Both the position numbers and the translations under genes were made by a program. Shown piece after piece: positions 59,642-64,000 of a DNA stretch of 64,000 nt; position 1 is the stretch's first letter, and each line of letters opens with the position of its first letter. The notes under the pieces are model-generated. The model made no database searches. It was not told the origin of the DNA and was given only the letters and a program-made list of their open reading frames with translations. The DNA lies in NCBI GenBank assembly GCA_964567785.1, contig CAZMOK010000003.1, forward strand, positions 23,437-87,436, written 5' to 3'. Origin of the DNA: an uncultured Bacteroidales bacterium (GTDB lineage: Bacteria > Bacteroidota > Bacteroidia > Bacteroidales > JAGOPY01).

Positions 59642-60604
59642 TTATTCCATGCTTTTCAGGTATTTGTAAAGTTCGCTATCAGTTGTAAGGATAATGGTGG
59701 TGGTGGAATCGAATGTATTTTCAAAGGTTTCCATACTTTTAATAAAGCTGTACAATTCTCTTGAGCTTCTTGATTTATTGTAAGCGCGCGCATAAATGCT
59801 TGCAGCCTCAGCGTCCGCTTTCCCTTTAATTGTTTCAGCTTCCTTATATGCTTCCGACTGTATCTGATTCAATTCACGTTCTTTTTCTCCGTTGATCCTT
59901 GAGGCTTCGCCCTCACCTTCAGACCTGAATTTATCGGCAATACGGATCCGCTCGCTCTTCATACGGTCGTAAACCCGTTCTCTGACATCCTCAACATAAT
60001 TGATCCGTTTAAACCGGAAATCAAGTATTTCGATGCCTAAATCTTTTGTCTCTTCATTAGCAGTTTTCTGGATAATATTCTGGATTCTTTTTCTGCCCAC
60101 CTCGATCCTGGCAAGAGAATCCTCGATTATTTCACTTATTTTAGCTGTGGTGTCGGCCTGCCGGTTGGTGTTCCTTACAACCTCTTCCAGACTGTGACTG
60201 GCTACCTGGTCGCGGGTTTCGCCATCAATTATATCGTCGAGCCTGCTTTGGGCACCCCGTTCATTGGTAAGGCGTTTATAAAATTGCAGTGGATCGGTAA
60301 TATGCCAGCGGGCATAGCTGTCAACAAAAATGAATTTTTTTTCCTTCGTAGGGATCTGATTGGGATCGCCGTCCCATTCCATATAACGTTTTTCAAAAAA
60401 ATTTGCTTTTTGAACAAAAGGAGTTTTGATTTTCAAGCCGGGTTCGGTCACGGCATCACCGATTGGCCTTCCAAATTGGGTTACCACAACCTGTTGGGTT
60501 TCATCAACAATGTAAATACTTTGAGATAAAACAATAATGCCGGCAATGATAATTGCTGCAATCAGTAATATTTTATTTTGCTTTTTCATTGTCATTCGTT
60601 TCAA
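59642..60604 (-). CDS. hflC: FtsH protease modulator HflC (SPFH/band-7)
   Basis: An N-terminal TM helix is followed by IYIVDETQQVVVTQFGRP..EPGLKIKTPFVQK..TKEKKFIFVDSYARWHITDP, which parallels E. coli HflC. Confidence 0.88.
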   Translation of the reverse strand: MKRMTMKKQNKILLIAAIIIAGIIVLSQSIYIVDETQQVVVTQFGRPIGDAVTEPGLKIKTPFVQKANFFEKRYMEWDGDPNQIPTKEKKFIFVDSYARWHITDPLQFYKRLTNERGAQSRLDDIIDGETRDQVASHSLEEVVRNTNRQADTTAKISEIIEDSLARIEVGRKRIQNIIQKTANEETKDLGIEILDFRFKRINYVEDVRERVYDRMKSERIRIADKFRSEGEGEASRINGEKERELNQIQSEAYKEAETIKGKADAEAASIYARAYNKSRSSRELYSFIKSMETFENTFDSTTTIILTTDSELYKYLKSME

Positions 60605-60623
60605 AAAATTGGTGTTATGCAGC

Positions 60624-61589
60624 TTATTTTAATGTCTTTTTAAGTAGAGGAATCATGTTGTTGCCATCCTCTGAAGTAATGATCTTATCTCCCAGTTTAG
60701 GAATAACCAGTTGCATGGTTTCAAGGTAGATTCTTCTTTTGGTTACTTCGGGCGCTCTGATGTATTCGTTGTAAAGGGCATTAAATCTGGCCACTTCTCC
60801 CTGGGCATTGTTTACGCGCTTGGTAGCGTAACCCTTTGCTTTTTGAATGGTTTCTTCAGCCTGTCCCCGGGCCCGCGGGATTACCTTGTTGTATTCCGAT
60901 TTAGCCTCGTTTATCAGGGTTTCCCTTTCCTGCTGTGCTTCGTTTACTGCATTGAATGCCTGTTTTACCGACTCCGGTGGATTGATATCCTGAAGCACTA
61001 CCTGGGCTATTTCAATACCCAGTGAATATTCCCTGGTCATTTCCTGCAACAGAACTTTAACCTCGCTGGCAATTTCAGCTCTTCCAACAGTTAATACTTC
61101 GTTAACGGTCCGGTCGCCTACAATTTGCCTTGTGATAGCTTCGGAAAGATCACGAAGGGTGTTATCGGGGTTGCGCACCTTGAACAGGTAATTGTAAGGA
61201 TCGCTTACGCGGTATTGTACAACCCACTGAACATTAGCCAGGTTTAAATCGCCGGTTAGCATTACGGCCTCGTCTTTAGTGACGGAACCTGTGCGGCTAT
61301 AAGTTGTTCTGACCCCGGCTTGCCGGGTGCGAAAGCCAAATTCCTGCTTTTTTTGTCTTTCTACAGGCACCTTATAAACTTTTTCCATAAAGGGTATTTT
61401 CATTTTCAAACCGGGAGTAACCGTCCGTACATGTTTACCGAAACGTGTTACCACTGCCTCTTCTTCGGTGCCTACCTGGAAAAATGAATTAAATCCAAAA
61501 ATTAAAAGCACTATTGCAATGAGTACTGGTTTGTAATACTTTTTTATTAATTGTTGAATTTCATCTGTATTGAACTCCTGATTATCCAT
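60624..61589 (-). CDS. hflK: FtsH protease modulator HflK (SPFH/band-7)
   Basis: A TM helix is followed by VGTEEEAVVTRFGKHVRTVTPGLKMKIPF and a coiled-coil tail. It lies directly upstream of hflC. Confidence 0.88.
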   Translation of the reverse strand: MDNQEFNTDEIQQLIKKYYKPVLIAIVLLIFGFNSFFQVGTEEEAVVTRFGKHVRTVTPGLKMKIPFMEKVYKVPVERQKKQEFGFRTRQAGVRTTYSRTGSVTKDEAVMLTGDLNLANVQWVVQYRVSDPYNYLFKVRNPDNTLRDLSEAITRQIVGDRTVNEVLTVGRAEIASEVKVLLQEMTREYSLGIEIAQVVLQDINPPESVKQAFNAVNEAQQERETLINEAKSEYNKVIPRARGQAEETIQKAKGYATKRVNNAQGEVARFNALYNEYIRAPEVTKRRIYLETMQLVIPKLGDKIITSEDGNNMIPLLKKTLK

Positions 61590-61798
61590 ATTTATTTATT
61601 TATCTTTTAAGAATCTGTTAATATACAACTAATAATGTGGTTTGGGAATGAAACTGTGTTATATTTTCAATCTTTCGAAAATGGTGCGGGCAATGTGAAG
61701 GGATGGTTATGGACCGGGCTGGCTGCTGGTGCGTTTGTTAGCTTCTGATACTGATAAAGAGTAACAAAATACTGTGCAATCATAAAAGTGATTTTTAT

Positions 61799-61969
61799 TT
61801 ATTCTTCATATGCTAGAGTAAATAATTGAGCAGCATATAGATAAGAGGGCTCAAAATTGGCAACAACATCATAAATAATATCCGTATCTACAAATACCTT
61901 ATCATTAATAAGTACTTCAACATGATAAAAAAATTTTAATGCTTTAGATTTGGCAGGGCCTTCAATCAT
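61799..61969 (-). CDS. possible small ORF (56 aa), unknown function
   Basis: MIEGPAKSKALKFFYHVEVLINDKVFVDTDIIYDVVANFEPSYLYAAQLFTLAYEE. It is below the 60-aa ORF-track cutoff. It is stop-free in very AT-rich DNA between usp and hflK, and I recognised no family. Confidence 0.25.
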   Translation of the reverse strand: MIEGPAKSKALKFFYHVEVLINDKVFVDTDIIYDVVANFEPSYLYAAQLFTLAYEE

Positions 61970-62030
61970 TGCCACGTTTGTGTCTTAATAATTACCACCA
62001 CTTACACGGTCTGTTTCATATTTTGGTCAG

Positions 62031-63173
62031 TTAAAATTTCAAACCTTTTCTTAGGTCAGATTCGGTTTTTTTATCCCATAAACGCCTTAATACTTCATGA
62101 AATTTATTATTGTAATATTCTGCTTGTTCTTCTTCGCCAATTTTTGAATATACTTTACTTATGCGGCTTAAAACGGGCAAGTGTAGATCATTGATAAGCA
62201 AACATGTTTTTAGTTGGTCAACCGCTTCCTGGTAAAAACCGGCTTCTTCAAGTTTAATTGCCTGATCCAAATGCTTTTCAATCGTCGATATATCTGACTC
62301 GATTTTTAGTTCAAGAAGATTTACAGCTTTCAATACTACCATTGAAACATCTGTGCTCCGTATTAAATGTTCCGACACACTACCTATTAAGTGCCTTTGT
62401 ATATAATTTTTACCTGTTGCACCGATAAAAATCATATCTATGGAATTTGATAAAGCATAGTTTGATATGACCTCAGCAGGTTTTCCTGATAAACTTATTA
62501 CAGAATACTCTACATCAATAAGGTTAAACTGCCCAATAAATTCATTAAGTTGCTTTTTATTGGATGCTTCTAGTTTTTTATTTTCTTCCTCAAAGTCAAA
62601 ATCCAGCCGTTTTGAAAAACTTTCCCCCAATGGTTCAAAAACATTGACTATTGACAATTTAGAATTGAAAGATCTTGCGATTTTTATAGCATTGCTCAAA
62701 GCTCTTTCCGATGATTCTGAAAAATCTACCGGGCATAGAATATTTTCAGGTATCGGATTGGTATTGGAGTTAACAATCATTATGGGTTTGTTTGACTTTC
62801 GGACAAGTTTTTCAGATAAGATATCAACTTTACTGTTTGAGGTTAATGCTTCTTGAGTGACTGAATTGATTATCAGATTAACATTCTCAAGCTCAGAGAC
62901 CGAAATAATTTTTTCGAATGCATTTCCATATTCAAACCGGCTTTCAATTTTTTCTTTCGGATATGACAAGTGTTCAGTTAGACTTTTTAATTTATCATCT
63001 GCATAAGATTTGACATAATCCTTAAGGGAATTAATAGTTGCTTCTTTGGGAAGAACGCATAGGAAGATAATCTTCGAATTGAACTTATCTGCCAGCTTTT
63101 CAGCAACTTCCAAATGATTGTATGAGGTGTTTTCAAGATCTACATTAACTAATATTTTTTCAAGTAGTTTCAT
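62031..63173 (-). CDS. tandem universal stress protein (UspA) domains with helical/TPR-like C-terminal extension
   Basis: There are two Usp-like halves (KILVNVDL.., ILCPVDFSESSERAL..IGATGKNYIQRHLIGSVSEHLIR) plus a C-terminal FYQEAVDQLKTCL..AEYYNNKF segment. Confidence 0.8.
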   Translation of the reverse strand: MKLLEKILVNVDLENTSYNHLEVAEKLADKFNSKIIFLCVLPKEATINSLKDYVKSYADDKLKSLTEHLSYPKEKIESRFEYGNAFEKIISVSELENVNLIINSVTQEALTSNSKVDILSEKLVRKSNKPIMIVNSNTNPIPENILCPVDFSESSERALSNAIKIARSFNSKLSIVNVFEPLGESFSKRLDFDFEEENKKLEASNKKQLNEFIGQFNLIDVEYSVISLSGKPAEVISNYALSNSIDMIFIGATGKNYIQRHLIGSVSEHLIRSTDVSMVVLKAVNLLELKIESDISTIEKHLDQAIKLEEAGFYQEAVDQLKTCLLINDLHLPVLSRISKVYSKIGEEEQAEYYNNKFHEVLRRLWDKKTESDLRKGLKF

Positions 63174-63265
63174 ATTGTTTCCTTTTATATATAAAAACCA
63201 CTCATTTCATTTTTTGTTCACTGCATTTCACAGAACATCCCCGGCGAAGGTACCGGCCGGATAGA

Positions 63266-63279
63266 TTGTCAATTGTCAA
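63266..63279. repeat. tandem TTGTCAA TTGTCAA direct repeat in the usp upstream region
   Basis: There are two exact adjacent 7-mers. A related CTGTCGA lies at 63287-63293. Confidence 0.3.
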
Positions 63280-63410
63280 CTCGGCACTGTCGATTTTAAA
63301 TTTCATATATAAGACTATAAATCTTCGTACTGTTGACCAGTCGCCACAGAAACGGATTTAATTAACTTGTCTGTTTCTACTGGCGGGGCCGTCCACTCGA
63401 TTGGGGGCAG

Positions 63411-64000
63411 TTATTCTTTTATCACTTTTGTTGTTTGTGACTTGCCATTCGAAAATTCAATCATAAGAAGATAAATTCCTGAACTCAAATGGGACAAATC
63501 AATATATCCATCATTTATTATCTTTAGAAATCTTTGTTGTCCTATCATGTCGAAAAGAATGATATTGGCAATGTTTTCTTCCGACTGTAAATAGATAGAT
63601 CCATTGGTTGGATTTGGATACAGATAAAAGCTGTTATCTTTCACATTTTCAACCACTCCTGTTACATTGGAAAATTGACTAAAAAAGTCCCAAAGTAAGT
63701 AGCTCGCGTGAATGTCTTCATTGGTATTTCCTAATTGCGGAAATTGAGGCACTGGCACACCAGGCCAGGTATGTCCGCCATTGATAATTCTATAAAAAAA
63801 GAAATCTGCATCACAATCACAGTCAGTATACCTGTAAAGTTCTACTGTTGAACTGTCATCCGGTATGTTATCAGGTATGTTAACCACTGGTTCCACAGTC
63901 TCATAATTATTATTATTATTGACCCAAGCCTGAACTGTTGTAACCTGGTGGTAAATGGACAATGTACTGCCGTTGATAGTTTTGATGCTGGAGACTGTCT
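63411..64000 (-). CDS. secreted esterase-like protein with T9SS C-terminal sorting domain (5' end outside window)
   Basis: The C-terminal FYLYPNPTNGSIYLQ..LFDMIGQQ..LSSGIYLLMIEFSNGKSQTTKVIKE is a typical Por/T9SS CTD. Upstream, NGGHTWPG resembles PHB-depolymerase-type esterases. The frame stays open to position 64000. Confidence 0.75.
   Translation of the reverse strand, partial: TVSSIKTINGSTLSIYHQVTTVQAWVNNNNNYETVEPVVNIPDNIPDDSSTVELYRYTDCDCDADFFFYRIINGGHTWPGVPVPQFPQLGNTNEDIHASYLLWDFFSQFSNVTGVVENVKDNSFYLYPNPTNGSIYLQSEENIANIILFDMIGQQRFLKIINDGYIDLSHLSSGIYLLMIEFSNGKSQTTKVIKE

Overview
This is a 64-kb chromosomal segment that looks Bacteroidota-like. The pointers are TAnnTTTG -7 promoter motifs, a 288-aa sigma-A, a long YidC, a fused E1 alpha/beta dehydrogenase, DUF2279 and a T9SS C-terminal sorting domain. 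Most of it is tightly packed housekeeping and physiology genes. In order: a Hox-type NAD-linked [NiFe] hydrogenase module (hoxF' U Y H W) followed by a DHOD-like gene; an ABC-2 exporter operon; an orphan hypA; nhaA; PTPS/folE; a CDGSH protein; a DUF368 protein; a ytfI/ytfJ-like pair; glmM; recR; a dapF-GNAT-mltG-DUF2279-HAD operon; htrA; rpoD; gap; pyrG; yidC; tsaC; a complete mrpABCDEFG antiporter operon; hflKC; and a Usp protein. The most distinctive locus is a five-gene minus-strand operon at 51.5-56.5 kb: YceI, UbiA-type prenyltransferase, type III polyketide synthase, SAM methyltransferase, FAD monooxygenase. Its gene content matches actinobacterial srs/agq phenolic-lipid clusters. It is bracketed by unusually long intergenic regions that contain GC-rich hairpin clusters. 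I also found two decayed genes: an aldo-keto reductase with a frameshift plus an internal deletion, and an OmpA C-terminal remnant. There is also an 817-bp gene-free gap carrying interrupted reading frames. I recognised no rRNA, tRNA, CRISPR array, transposase or integrase. All calls rest on motif recognition by eye; no searches were run.
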